This document shows positions 29,774-39,681 of a DNA stretch of 64,000 nt, one piece after another (within the stretch, counting starts at the first letter, position 1; each line of letters begins with the position of its first letter). This DNA comes from a phage: the sequence record NC_101835.1. One strand, written 5' to 3'. The notes beneath the pieces were generated by a model. It had not been told where the DNA came from. It saw nothing but the letters and a program-made list of their open reading frames with translations, and ran no database searches. The position numbers and the translations under genes are program-made.

Positions 29774-30244
29774 TTACTGTCCGATCTTAAAGGTTGCAGA
29801 TTCAAGCAGCACATCGTAATGCCGCATAGCCTCGTTGAAGCCTTTCTCTTGTGCCCACTGCTCGCTAACAGTAGGATTACTAAACTGCCCAGCCTCAATA
29901 ACAAACTGGATAGCTTTGGCCCCTGTGTCCCCCATCTGCTTAAGAATAGCCTCTGCACTTGACCCTCTAGCCATAGCTCTCAACAATTTTTCTGTCAAGG
30001 TCTGTAGTTGAGTACTGTGAAATGCAAAGGCTGTCTCCATGAAATTGCGAACAGGCAGCCCGTTCCAACCGAAGTTGTGAATGGCTGCCAATGTTGCCAT
30101 ATTTAAGCCTGACGGGTGAGGTTCGTCATAAAAGCCGTAGGTTATTGTTTTACTTTCAAGTCTCACAAGTTCTTTGTAGAAGCGATCTAAACGCTTTAGG
30201 TTGAACTTTGTTTGACATTTAACCTTTAGCATTATATCCCTCAC
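29774..30244 (-). CDS. hypothetical head-tail joining protein
   Basis: 156 aa ORF in connector region. Confidence 0.3.
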   Translation of the reverse strand: MRDIMLKVKCQTKFNLKRLDRFYKELVRLESKTITYGFYDEPHPSGLNMATLAAIHNFGWNGLPVRNFMETAFAFHSTQLQTLTEKLLRAMARGSSAEAILKQMGDTGAKAIQFVIEAGQFSNPTVSEQWAQEKGFNEAMRHYDVLLESATFKIGQ

Positions 30245-30285
30245 TAATGTATTTTACCATAAAGATACATCAAAAGCAACAATTT

Positions 30286-30963
30286 TTAAAAACTGCGTTT
30301 GCGTCTTGGGTGGCGAGGAGGTTGGTTATTTAGACCACTGATAGGTGTAATACCCTGGACATCGAACGGCCCGTTGCTGTTTTCATTAAATTTAACCCGA
30401 ATTCCTTCATCTACACGAACACCACCAATGATAATCATTCTGCTGTAAGCATCTAGCTCAGAATCTACATAGTCTGGGTGTGCCAGCAGCCAATCAAGGA
30501 AATCTTTCCATTGAGCGTAGGAAGATCCACCACGAATCTCTATGGTCTCATCACCTATTTTTTCCAGACGGGAAGTTATACTTGCATTACCGCTGGACAC
30601 TTCCTGCATCATTAGCCACCGCACAAGTTGCACAAGCACATTGTACTTGAGCAGAGGTAGCTTATCAGGATCTGCCGGATAATTTAGTTTCAACTTCTCC
30701 ATGTCAAGGAATGTTTTAATTACCTCATCAGGGAGAGTTTCCTCATCAACATTGCCGAGCAACAACCTCATAATATTGATAAGAGGTTGGTCTGGATCAG
30801 GTTCCGGAAGTACAGGATCTTCTTTTGGTGGTTCTTCTGGGGTATCGACTACACCATCATGGTTAGGCGGGGACGGGATAATCTCTTCATCTTCATACCA
30901 TGCCATTTGAAAATACCTCGTAAAAATAAAGCCCCATTCCTGATTTGGAAGGGGCCTTAACAA
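30286..30963 (-). CDS. hypothetical structural protein
   Basis: 225 aa ORF; acidic. Confidence 0.3.
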   Translation of the reverse strand: MLRPLPNQEWGFIFTRYFQMAWYEDEEIIPSPPNHDGVVDTPEEPPKEDPVLPEPDPDQPLINIMRLLLGNVDEETLPDEVIKTFLDMEKLKLNYPADPDKLPLLKYNVLVQLVRWLMMQEVSSGNASITSRLEKIGDETIEIRGGSSYAQWKDFLDWLLAHPDYVDSELDAYSRMIIIGGVRVDEGIRVKFNENSNGPFDVQGITPISGLNNQPPRHPRRKRSF

Positions 30964-30965
30964 AA

Positions 30966-31811
30966 TTATGCCAGTGCAGCCTCAAAATCTTTCATCATAT
31001 TTTGGAAAGTTTTTGCCTTACTTAAGGTAACACCGTGCTCTTTGGCGAAGGTTTGGAGTGCATCTTTTGAACCACTTTTGTCATCTTCGTTGTTAAGAGC
31101 TGCGGCCTGCTGCAGTATGGCATCAATATCACTGCGAGAAGATCTTGATTCTTGTGCCTGTTCAGGATCCTGCTCAGTGCCTCCCGGTGCAGCCGGATCT
31201 GGGGATTCTTCACCGTCACCACCAGGTTCAGTAGGACCTACAGGCGGCTCCGGTTCTGGTTCAGGCGGTGGAGCTATCGTAGAAACCAGTCCAAGATTTA
31301 CAACCTGAGAACGTTTCTTAGGCCACTCAATGGTGAAAGTTTGGGTATCTTCTTCATAAACAATGTTGCATTGCTCATCGTTTATGGTCACTTTTTTAGG
31401 CATCCCTACAGGGTCCCATAGATGGCCCTCTGCCACGGAAACTTGGAAAGCCGCATCTACCTCTTTAAACACTGACGGGGTGAGTGTGATATTGACATCA
31501 CCGCTTTGCAGTGTTAAAGTGCTTTCATCAAGGTTCTCTGTGAAGAACAGAAGAATAACACCCATACGGATAGTTGAAATACCAGTATCAATTGGCAGGC
31601 CTGTATGTTTTGCAATCTTCTCGAAGAAGTCTACAATCGTTCTACATGGATAGTGAACACTGCCGATAACGAATTCTGTTGGTGGCAGCAGGGCTGATAA
31701 ACCAACATTGATTTCTGGATTATATTGTGCTAAAAATTGATAAAAACTTAACTGATTGTTGAAAACTCTTAATAGAGGATCATACTCAACTGGGTAGACG
31801 GTTCGCTTCAC
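30966..31811 (-). CDS. hypothetical structural protein with Pro/Glu-rich linker
   Basis: 281 aa; PPPEPEPEPPVGPTEPGGDGEESPDPAAPGG linker; directly downstream of capsid gene. Confidence 0.3.
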   Translation of the reverse strand: MKRTVYPVEYDPLLRVFNNQLSFYQFLAQYNPEINVGLSALLPPTEFVIGSVHYPCRTIVDFFEKIAKHTGLPIDTGISTIRMGVILLFFTENLDESTLTLQSGDVNITLTPSVFKEVDAAFQVSVAEGHLWDPVGMPKKVTINDEQCNIVYEEDTQTFTIEWPKKRSQVVNLGLVSTIAPPPEPEPEPPVGPTEPGGDGEESPDPAAPGGTEQDPEQAQESRSSRSDIDAILQQAAALNNEDDKSGSKDALQTFAKEHGVTLSKAKTFQNMMKDFEAALA

Positions 31812-31833
31812 GGGACACTCCTGTTAAACCCTA

Positions 31834-31868
31834 ATAAATAAAAAGGGGAGGGGGAGAACCCCCTCCCC
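31834..31868 (-). terminator. rho-independent terminator
   Basis: GGGGAGGGGG-TTCT-CCCCCTCCCC hairpin followed on the minus strand by TTTTTATTTAT, directly after the major capsid gene. Confidence 0.6.
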
Positions 31869-31892
31869 ATATGGGATGAATCACCGTAGTGA

Positions 31893-32906
31893 TTATTCAC
31901 TTTTCAGAGTTGCTTTAACAACCAGCTCTGGACGGGTGTTAACTGCCAGCATAGAGGTTTCAGATTCGATTTTCTGTTCTCTCAGGTAGGCAGAGTGTTT
32001 ATACCACATATACAGTTCTTGTGCTGGGGTATTTGCATCTTCCACAGTGTCAGCTGGAGCAAAGTGCAGCTGGAACATCTGATCGATACCCATAGGCATC
32101 AGGCGAGCCTCACCGTCCGGAATGTTACCAGAGATGTCTTCGATGAAGGTCATGCCTTTGTGTTCGAACACACGGTAAATGCTCTGTTCGCCACCTGCAC
32201 CCAGACGACGACGCAGCGGTTCCTGAGAAGAGCTGTAGTAGGTGTAAGCCAGCTCTACCAGCGGATGATGAACCAGTGCAGAGAAGAATTTCGGAGAGCA
32301 CAGCGCGATAATGTTGTAAGCACCAGCGTTGTCGCCAGCCTGCAGAGCAATGTGCAGACGTGCATCTTCGATTACTTCCATCGGGTCCTGTGCTGCATTT
32401 TTAGGATCGATTTCGATAGATTTCTGGGAAACGCCCCACAGTTTGTAATAGTCATACTGACAGGTTGCATCACCAGGTGCATAGGATTTACCCAGAACTG
32501 CAGCAAAAAGAGCTTTTTCACGTAGGGTTTCGTGGCTCAGACGAATACGACGAACTACACGAGTAACCACGTCTTGCACAGTTTTCGGTGCATCCGGAGT
32601 GAAGTAGCGACGGAAGTTCTGAACGTCCGCAGCAGTGATTCCCTTATCCAGCGGGAAGAACGGGATGTTCAGGTTTTTGATCTGTGCACGTTCGCTATCA
32701 ACGTAGTTACGTTCACCACCACGACGACGAGCGGCGATATCACCAACCACTTCATCAACACGTTCGATCTGTGCGATTGTTGAGGTGCCAAGATGGGTTT
32801 CAAACAGATCCATACCAGTGATCAGGCGATATTGGCGCGGAACCAGTTCAAGAGTAGCACCTAAATCAACAATACCAAAATCATCTTTACGCATTATTTT
32901 CTCCAA
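31893..32906 (-). CDS. major capsid protein (lambda gpE-like fold suspected)
   Basis: 337 aa; placed after decoration and scaffold genes and followed by a strong terminator; EHKGMTFIED resembles a lambda E segment (from memory); TTG start per track, internal ATG 4 codons in. Confidence 0.6.
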   Translation of the reverse strand: MEKIMRKDDFGIVDLGATLELVPRQYRLITGMDLFETHLGTSTIAQIERVDEVVGDIAARRRGGERNYVDSERAQIKNLNIPFFPLDKGITAADVQNFRRYFTPDAPKTVQDVVTRVVRRIRLSHETLREKALFAAVLGKSYAPGDATCQYDYYKLWGVSQKSIEIDPKNAAQDPMEVIEDARLHIALQAGDNAGAYNIIALCSPKFFSALVHHPLVELAYTYYSSSQEPLRRRLGAGGEQSIYRVFEHKGMTFIEDISGNIPDGEARLMPMGIDQMFQLHFAPADTVEDANTPAQELYMWYKHSAYLREQKIESETSMLAVNTRPELVVKATLKSE

Positions 32907-32941
32907 ATAACTTTAAAATTTTGTTTCCCAAAGATCTAGGA

Positions 32942-33316
32942 TTATTCCTGAACTTTGTTGCCTTTGGCTTCGAGAGCTTCCAGAACTGCAGCAGGTGCAG
33001 CCGTGCCGCCAGCCACTTTAAGATGTTTTTTAGCGAAGGTAACGCCACGAACAGCAACAACCAGTTTATACTTCTCGCCAACTTTCAGAGGCTCTGCCAG
33101 ATTAACTTTACCAGAATCGTCAGGCAGAAGAGCGCGGTCAACCAGTACACCAAAGGTATCTGAGCCATCTTGATTAGCCAGAGTGCCAGTTTTGGTAACT
33201 ACTGCGCCAGCAACGTGATCAGCAGTAATGGTAATTTCAATCTCTTTAAAGTTGAAACCTGCATCGCTTGCATCTACTTTGCCGAGCACGATATCAGAAT
33301 ATTGAGTGGTGATCAT
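32942..33316 (-). CDS. head decoration protein (gpD-like)
   Basis: 124 aa Gly/Val/Ala-rich small protein immediately upstream of capsid gene; GGGGAA RBS. Confidence 0.45.
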   Translation of the reverse strand: MITTQYSDIVLGKVDASDAGFNFKEIEITITADHVAGAVVTKTGTLANQDGSDTFGVLVDRALLPDDSGKVNLAEPLKVGEKYKLVVAVRGVTFAKKHLKVAGGTAAPAAVLEALEAKGNKVQE

Positions 33317-33337
33317 TATTTTCCCCTATTACGCAAA

Positions 33338-34318
33338 TTATTTATTAGATTCTTTACGTGCACGAGCCAGAGCTTTAGCGACGTTTTCAGCAATAATATC
33401 TTCAGCAGATTTAGCAATGTCATCTACTACGACATCACCATCTTTGCCTTGCTCGGTAGTTGCGAACTCATCTTTAGCTTTTTCAACTTCAGCTTCCAGT
33501 TCAGCAATACGAGCTTGGGCTTTTTCCAGCAATGCAACAACAGAAGCATTAGCTTTGTCCAGCATGAATTCGACCAGAGTTGTGTGATCTTCTTCAGTAG
33601 CGAAGCTTAACGCTTGAGCTTTTTCCAGCATTTTAGCTTTTTCAACTTCTACCTGAGCCTTGATGATTTCTTCAGCTTTTTCATTGGTAGCCTTCAGTTC
33701 TTCGAACTGTTTCAGCAGGTCCAGGTACTCTTGAGACTTGGTTACGTCTTCCACCGGATTCTCCTCGGTATTTGCGGATTTATCAACATTGTCCACAGCA
33801 TCAGTAACAACCTCTTCTGTGGTTTCCTGTGCCGCTTTAATAAGTTTCCCTTCTTCATCGAAGAGATCAGCGGTCATCTGCTCAAAAACTTGTTGGGTTT
33901 TTAACAGGGTGTATTGGTCAACAATACTTAAATCTTTACCTTCTTTAGCAGCTTTGTGAATGGTTACGTTGTCACAACGTTCTTCTAACCACTGCACACA
34001 AGCCTCTGCATCAGCCTGCGCCCACTCCCAATCTGGGTGTTCTTTTGCCCAAGCTTCTTCTTCAATCTCGAACCCGAGCAGGTGAGCCAGTGCCTTAGCA
34101 TCGTCATACCACATATCGAAGAAACGACGAAGGTATTCTTCAAAGCTAAGTTCAACAGTAACTTGGCGAAGAGCCTTAACAATATCCTCTGTCAACTGCT
34201 CAGGCTGAAGATCGCTCTTCATTAAAAGAGATACAGGTCGATTGTTAGCGCCATAGCCTTGCGCCTTATGGCACAGGGCAATCCCTTTCTCTTTAATAGT
34301 GATTGTTTTTTCAGACAT
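33338..34318 (-). CDS. scaffolding protein
   Basis: 326 aa; strongly acidic, long predicted helical/coiled-coil stretches (EELKATNEKAEEIIKAQVEVEKAKMLEKAQ); between portal and capsid. Confidence 0.55.
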   Translation of the reverse strand: MSEKTITIKEKGIALCHKAQGYGANNRPVSLLMKSDLQPEQLTEDIVKALRQVTVELSFEEYLRRFFDMWYDDAKALAHLLGFEIEEEAWAKEHPDWEWAQADAEACVQWLEERCDNVTIHKAAKEGKDLSIVDQYTLLKTQQVFEQMTADLFDEEGKLIKAAQETTEEVVTDAVDNVDKSANTEENPVEDVTKSQEYLDLLKQFEELKATNEKAEEIIKAQVEVEKAKMLEKAQALSFATEEDHTTLVEFMLDKANASVVALLEKAQARIAELEAEVEKAKDEFATTEQGKDGDVVVDDIAKSAEDIIAENVAKALARARKESNK

Positions 34319-34749
34319 TACTCATTGCCCTCTTCTACAACACTGATCCCGAAGTTTACGTTGGTGATCTCTCCAGTTTCTTCATCAACATTACCAGTTG
34401 CCTGAATGCTTAGGCCACCAACAATGCCAGCCTTCTTAGCTTCCCATAACTCAGGATTATTGTATTTAACTTTAGCAACCCAAGAGCCAGCCTTGATGAC
34501 CTGCTCAGTGCCAATTACTACAACATCAAACTCTTCTTGAATCCACGTCTTTTCAATAGTGAAAGCATCTGTAGAGGTCAAGTGAAAAAGGTTTTCAGAA
34601 ACTAGGCCTGCGGCGTATGCTGCGTCCCAGTTATCTTTAGCCTTTTTGATGGTGTCTTTACTCATCCACTCACCGTGACCATCTTTAGTGTCAGGTTCGT
34701 AGATGATTTCGTAGGAAATCATTTCTTCCTGTGGCATCTTATTCCCCAT
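34318..34749 (-). CDS. head morphogenesis protein (possible prohead protease)
   Basis: Track ORF 34318-34893 overlaps the portal 3' end; trimmed to ATG at 34749 (34737 is an alternative); no catalytic motif confirmed. Confidence 0.3.
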   Translation of the reverse strand: MGNKMPQEEMISYEIIYEPDTKDGHGEWMSKDTIKKAKDNWDAAYAAGLVSENLFHLTSTDAFTIEKTWIQEEFDVVVIGTEQVIKAGSWVAKVKYNNPELWEAKKAGIVGGLSIQATGNVDEETGEITNVNFGISVVEEGNE

Positions 34750-34804
34750 GTGGATTATTTTATCACGCCAAAGGAGGTTTTGCAACCCCCTGTGTTGATA
34801 ATTT

Positions 34805-36361
34805 TTAATTTTCCATGTTGGATATGGAATTATCTCTGGTTGATGACATCTTAGAAGTGCCGTTGCCAGTGGATCCTGCAGCCATTCCATCACCAGCCCT
34901 ACTAATGTCCTGGCCCAAGAGCTTCATCAGCTCTTCCTGATCCATGTCCTCGTCAAATCTTTCATCAAACCCGCCTACTTCAAGAATCTTATTAATTACC
35001 GCAGGAGTTTTTGGCAAGTAACCTACAGCACCGATCCTCTGGACAAACTTGGAGAAGCTCTCCATATCTACTTCTTCAATCAGACCAGGTTTCAGTTTAG
35101 GCATATCATCATCTTCAAGGATGATACCATTCAATGCCAGAAGCTGTGGAATAAGATCTTTATTGAAGGCCTCAGTGATAATATCTATATCACGCTGAAC
35201 AAAATGACCATGGATAGACTGTTTTGACTCAGACAGAGAGAAGGATCCAACGTTATCGTTACCGAGGTTAATAAAGCCAGCACCGAAACGGTCAAGAATC
35301 GCCTTCTTACGGGCATCAATCAAATCTTTAGTGGAATACTGCTTACCCATACCGTCAACCCCCTTCAGGGTCATGGAGTAAAGCTCTTTACCAGACTTAT
35401 CTCTATCAGACGGAAGTATAAAGAAACTTTGCTCACCACTATGGGCGTTTGCTGCGTCAAGCATAAGGTCTGCAACCATCCTCCCTTCCATTGAATTCGG
35501 GTCAATGCTGGCCTTGTTCAAAATATTGGAAGGAATTTTCAGCTCAAGCACACCACCAAGGTCTTTGGAACAGCCAACAACCTCAAGGTTTTCAATCAGA
35601 ACTTTCTCACGGAAAGATCTGTAGCAACCTATCATCGGTGACACACCTGCGGGGTTAGATTCTGTTCCTGACAGGGTCATGAGCATAAGCTTTTTAGCAG
35701 GGATGAAAATTTCAGGCTCATTAAAGCCTTTTGAAGGCATTGCAGCAAGAGGTCCAGCCCAGCGTGCATTCTGAGTGTTTAGAAATGCATTAGGTGATTG
35801 ATAAATACCTGTCAGTGTTCTGCTATTCTTATCAAAAACAAACGGCTCTGATCTGGACAGGCTGGCCTGAGGTCGGAATGCAATTTTATCGATAAGAAGC
35901 ATCCCGGCATATTTACCTTCTTTCTCTCTGCGGTATACTTTCTCAAACAGTGAAAAACCATACTCGTTAAAGGTAGCTGCGCTTCTTGCAATATCTCGAA
36001 GAGTTTGTTGGTTTGCCAAATTACGCAAAGAATACTCTATAAGCTCGGCAGCTTTCTTAGAGTCTTCACTTTTAACATTATAAAGGATCTTAAAATCATT
36101 GAATGCTTTCGTGATGAAAACATATTTTGTATCTAAGGCAGTAGCAACTGTGGAATCACATTTCATAGTCTCCACTGTAGCAATCAGCTGAGGCCAACGC
36201 AATTCCTCAACCATCATAGATTGCGATTCTGCCATAATTTGGGAAAGTGCGCCAGAACCGATCTCACTCATACGAACATTATGAGTTGGTGCGCCTGCGT
36301 TCCCAGATTTATTCACAGTTTTGGCTGTGGCGTTGTGTTTCCTGCGGTTCTTTTTGGACAC
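34805..36361 (-). CDS. portal protein
   Basis: 518 aa; located immediately after terminase large subunit; size and acidic C-terminus typical; GTG start with GAGGGG RBS. Confidence 0.7.
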   Translation of the reverse strand: MSKKNRRKHNATAKTVNKSGNAGAPTHNVRMSEIGSGALSQIMAESQSMMVEELRWPQLIATVETMKCDSTVATALDTKYVFITKAFNDFKILYNVKSEDSKKAAELIEYSLRNLANQQTLRDIARSAATFNEYGFSLFEKVYRREKEGKYAGMLLIDKIAFRPQASLSRSEPFVFDKNSRTLTGIYQSPNAFLNTQNARWAGPLAAMPSKGFNEPEIFIPAKKLMLMTLSGTESNPAGVSPMIGCYRSFREKVLIENLEVVGCSKDLGGVLELKIPSNILNKASIDPNSMEGRMVADLMLDAANAHSGEQSFFILPSDRDKSGKELYSMTLKGVDGMGKQYSTKDLIDARKKAILDRFGAGFINLGNDNVGSFSLSESKQSIHGHFVQRDIDIITEAFNKDLIPQLLALNGIILEDDDMPKLKPGLIEEVDMESFSKFVQRIGAVGYLPKTPAVINKILEVGGFDERFDEDMDQEELMKLLGQDISRAGDGMAAGSTGNGTSKMSSTRDNSISNMEN

Positions 36362-36463
36362 AAGCTTTACCCCTCAAAACAGTATAACAAAATAGCCCTC
36401 GTGTTAGAGGGCTAGTATCTCCGATTACTCTATTCTACCACATCTAATTAAGATTGGCAACAC

Positions 36464-37585
36464 TTAGATAAAACGCTTGAGCATAGAAGGTGATGAGATT
36501 GATGGAATCACACAAGGAAGTGCTACCTCCTCTTTCTCCAGGAAATTAATCGCAGAAGCTACACAGTCAGCCCAGTCGTCTTTTCTGTTAAATGTTGATC
36601 TTTCCCCGTTGAATTTTTCAAGTTCGGTCAGAAATGCTTCCAGAGTATCAGGATGGAAACTGGATTTTACAATCCTTACCATTCCTTGTTGGGCAAGATT
36701 GGCAAAAGGTGAGAACCTTGTCAGTTTAGACTTGTTGGAAGGCATTGGGTCTTCTTCAACCCTAAACCCTTCGGCAAGCAAGGATCTGGAGGAGGTTAAG
36801 AACTCACTCTTACCTGCCTGACCGGGGTCCACAGAGAATACGATTATACAATCATCACCATCAAACTGCGCCTGTTTCCTGATGATCACATCTCGTTCAC
36901 CAGCCTTTTTACAGAACTTACCTTCCAGACCTGTGGAATACCTCCCGTTATCCACGTTCTCAGGACAATAATCACCGGACAGGTAATAAAAACCGTCGCT
37001 ATCTTTACTTACCTTAATACTGGCAGTAAAGTCAGGAAATTTATTACCGGAAGTTCTCTCGGTTCCTGCCTTATCCCATGCCCTGCAAGATACTGACCCA
37101 AGAGGTACTCTATCGGCATCACGAAGGAAAGATCTTTGAAAATAGTTTGCACCCTCAGGCTTTGCAAACCAGTTACCATGGAGAAGCTGAGCTTTTTCCA
37201 GCTCTGGTAGACCTTCGAGGAAAGCAAGGTATTCTGGGTTGTCTCTCAAACAGACAGGATTATCGAATATTGTTGCGCCTATGAACGAGAATGACAACGG
37301 TCTTGGCTTGATCTCTACGCCAAGTCCGTTAACCGTGGTGTATTTCTCTATCAACTCTTCTTTAGAGTCTCCCCAGATAAATTCACCGTCGCGTCGGATA
37401 AAATATCTTTTCTTACCGCATTTCTCCGGATCTGGATACCCTTCATCGTCCAACCACCATCTAACCAGTTTGGCAAGCATGTGTTCTGAATCGGGGTTAC
37501 AGCTGATAACCATTCTTGATGGATACTTTGACTGAGATCGCAGACGAGACATCAGATAGTCTATCTGCTCCCATTCGAATTGTGT
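36464..37585 (-). CDS. terminase large subunit, exon 2 (motif III and nuclease domain)
   Basis: Frame is open 33 nt upstream of the track ATG back to a TAA; contains RMVISCNPD (ATPase coupling motif) about 26 aa after the Walker B of exon 1 when joined; C-terminal Asp-rich nuclease-like region. Confidence 0.65.
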   Translation of the reverse strand, partial: TQFEWEQIDYLMSRLRSQSKYPSRMVISCNPDSEHMLAKLVRWWLDDEGYPDPEKCGKKRYFIRRDGEFIWGDSKEELIEKYTTVNGLGVEIKPRPLSFSFIGATIFDNPVCLRDNPEYLAFLEGLPELEKAQLLHGNWFAKPEGANYFQRSFLRDADRVPLGSVSCRAWDKAGTERTSGNKFPDFTASIKVSKDSDGFYYLSGDYCPENVDNGRYSTGLEGKFCKKAGERDVIIRKQAQFDGDDCIIVFSVDPGQAGKSEFLTSSRSLLAEGFRVEEDPMPSNKSKLTRFSPFANLAQQGMVRIVKSSFHPDTLEAFLTELEKFNGERSTFNRKDDWADCVASAINFLEKEEVALPCVIPSISSPSMLKRFI

Positions 37586-38468
37586 CGTTTATGTTCGGGC
37601 AAGGTCGCTAGTCTTGCCCCGCCATTTTCAGGCAGCTGCATGTCTCCATGCAGACCAGACTATATCTTATGAATGTGTAAATACTCTGCCGCTCTAAGAA
37701 TAGTTTCCTCATCCTCTTGGAAGAAACCTAAAGCTCTGTTGCATTTATCACAAAGCAACCCTCTTACAGCACCAGTTTTATGGTCATGATCAACACAAAA
37801 GAAATCTCTATACCCTTGCGTCCTATACTCATCAAGGGATATTCTACAAATGGCACACTTATGATCTTGATCTGAGAGTAGACGATAGTATTCATCTTTT
37901 GTTATGTGAAATTTCTTCTCAATCTGATAAAACTTTTCACACATCTTACACCTGTTCGTAACCAGATATACTTTACCATAGTCACGTTTTGTGTAAAAAC
38001 TATCAGCGAGCATACTTTCATGACAAGATTTGCATTCAAAAAGTTCACCTTTCTTCAGCAAGTCTTGAATAAACAATGCTGCGTCATCTCTCTTAACCAT
38101 ATTTTTGTTTTTACGAGATCCACCCTTCCTGTAGTACATATAGCATTCCTTGCATGTACCTGAGTATCCATCCTTGCTCTTAGATGATAAAAAGAAATCA
38201 TCAATAGGTAGAACTCTTTGGCAATCCATACATTTTTTAGTATTACACATTCACCCTCCCGTTTCGAATCGCTTGATTCTACGTCTTTCGACTAGTCGTT
38301 GAACGTTCATCCTCTCGGATGCTTCGCTGCGGATTATCTAAATTAACACACTGTTACCATACCTTCGATCTCTCTTCGAAGCCTCTGTCATGTTACCATG
38401 GCAGGTTGGTGGTGTCAATAATAAAGATTTCCCCGCAATTAGGGAGGTTTTACGAGAGCTACAAATTA
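37586..38468 (-). mobile_element. group I intron interrupting the terminase large subunit gene
   Basis: Minus strand carries all four core elements in canonical order: P AATTGCGGGGAAA (38428-38440), Q AATCCGCAGC (38326-38335), R GTTCAACGACTAG (38290-38306), S AAGATATAGTCTGG (37655-37668), then a P9-like hairpin GGGCAAG..CTTGCCC. Exon 1 ends in U, intron ends in G. Exact splice sites inferred. Confidence 0.75.
37660..38250 (-). CDS. intron-encoded homing endonuclease (endonuclease VII / His-Cys type)
   Basis: 196 aa in the P8 position between R and S; C-terminal DHDHKTGAVRGLLCDKCNRALG matches the T4 endo VII signature; several CxxC pairs; GGGAGGG RBS; stop codon lies inside the S element. Confidence 0.7.
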   Translation of the reverse strand: MCNTKKCMDCQRVLPIDDFFLSSKSKDGYSGTCKECYMYYRKGGSRKNKNMVKRDDAALFIQDLLKKGELFECKSCHESMLADSFYTKRDYGKVYLVTNRCKMCEKFYQIEKKFHITKDEYYRLLSDQDHKCAICRISLDEYRTQGYRDFFCVDHDHKTGAVRGLLCDKCNRALGFFQEDEETILRAAEYLHIHKI

Positions 38469-38894
38469 ACCCTCATCGAAGCAAACCATGGTGTACTCAA
38501 GCCCCTGATGGTTAAGCTTATCTTGTACATACTCCATATGGCAGTATTTTACAACAGCTCCCTTTTTGCTTCTATCCCACTTGCCAGTGTTCGGATCAAA
38601 CCGTGGAAAAATGAACTTATGATCCTTCTCTCTGAACTTTGGCTTAATGTTTTCAGGCAGATCACTATAAATAGCTACTGCTTTAGGCCATAGTCCACCC
38701 TCACCTTCCAACTGTGGGGTTGTTCTTCGGAACATAACCACAGAGCTGTGGGGGTCATCAATAATTTTAAGTGGCATCAACTGCAAGAGGAACGACTTGC
38801 CAGACCCTGCGGCACCGCCGATTACCAAAATATCTGCATCGTTTTCGAGGATCATCTTCTGCTTTTCAGAGCACGGTCCGTAAATCTTAGACAT
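38469..38894 (-). CDS. terminase large subunit, exon 1 (ATPase Walker A/B)
   Basis: Walker A GGAAGSGKS and Walker B MVCFDEG; frame is closed by a TAA immediately after the Walker B, which is where the intron begins. Confidence 0.7.
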
Positions 38895-39181
38895 TAACCT
38901 CTCTCCTTTGGAAAAAGTGTTCTAATATAGTCTTGCAAAATGATCAATTTAGCTCTATCATTGCTACAAGACAGATTATTATCCCTCATAATGCCAGAAT
39001 TTACTGCATCTGGCGCACCTTTCTTCAAAGGCATAGCTTTAGCAGGTGGTTTCATGGCACCTTCTGGGGGTTTAACAATCAACCTTCCTACATCTGGAGG
39101 GTCAATCTTGTATTCTTTCTCAACACTGGTTGCACACCCACATAATAACAAGCACACAATAAACAGTGTAGCAACTCTCAT
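38894..39181 (-). CDS. o-spanin (outer-membrane lipoprotein, Rz1-like)
   Basis: 95 aa; signal peptide with LLLCGC lipobox-like motif, Pro-rich mature part, C-terminal Cys; 4-nt overlap with the preceding gene. Confidence 0.55.
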   Translation of the reverse strand: MRVATLFIVCLLLCGCATSVEKEYKIDPPDVGRLIVKPPEGAMKPPAKAMPLKKGAPDAVNSGIMRDNNLSCSNDRAKLIILQDYIRTLFPKERG

Positions 39182-39576
39182 CGACCCTCCTGATTGATAC
39201 TCTCATTATAAATATCTATAAGCTGATCAGGGAGTGTTGACTTCTTACCCTCAGGGGATTGGAGGTAAATAATCTGCTTTTCTTTACCTGCCTTCTCAGC
39301 CATATTTAATTTATCCTGTAGGTCAGAAAGTGATTTTTCAAGGTTTTTAACCTCCTCTGCGTGGCCCATTTTAACTTTGTCGGCCTGCTTTTGTTGCTGA
39401 TCAAGGATCCGTTCCCACTTCAACTCTGTTGCTAACACACCTTCTTGGTAGGCTTCATTAAGCTTAGAGTTAAACCAATACACGGCCCCAAGATAAGCTG
39501 TACCTATCGCAGCTGCAAAAAATAAACCTTTTATGATCCCTTTATACCTACTCAGCCATGTTAAAACTGAAATCAT
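39178..39576 (-). CDS. i-spanin (inner-membrane, Rz-like)
   Basis: 132 aa; N-terminal TM helix GIIKGLFFAAAIGTAYLGAVYWF then coiled-coil periplasmic domain; overlaps the o-spanin start. Confidence 0.55.
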   Translation of the reverse strand: MISVLTWLSRYKGIIKGLFFAAAIGTAYLGAVYWFNSKLNEAYQEGVLATELKWERILDQQQKQADKVKMGHAEEVKNLEKSLSDLQDKLNMAEKAGKEKQIIYLQSPEGKKSTLPDQLIDIYNESINQEGR

Positions 39577-39595
39577 TTTAAGGCTCCAGAAACGA

Positions 39596-39632
39596 AAAAA
39601 CCCCGCAGCTATACAGCTAACGGGGCGGGTTA
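39596..39632 (-). terminator. rho-independent terminator
   Basis: CCCCG..CGGGG stem with inner hairpin followed on the minus strand by TTTTTT. Confidence 0.45.
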
Positions 39633-39681
39633 AAATTGAGTAACCTAAATAGATCGAAACTAACTAAAAGGAGACTAATAC

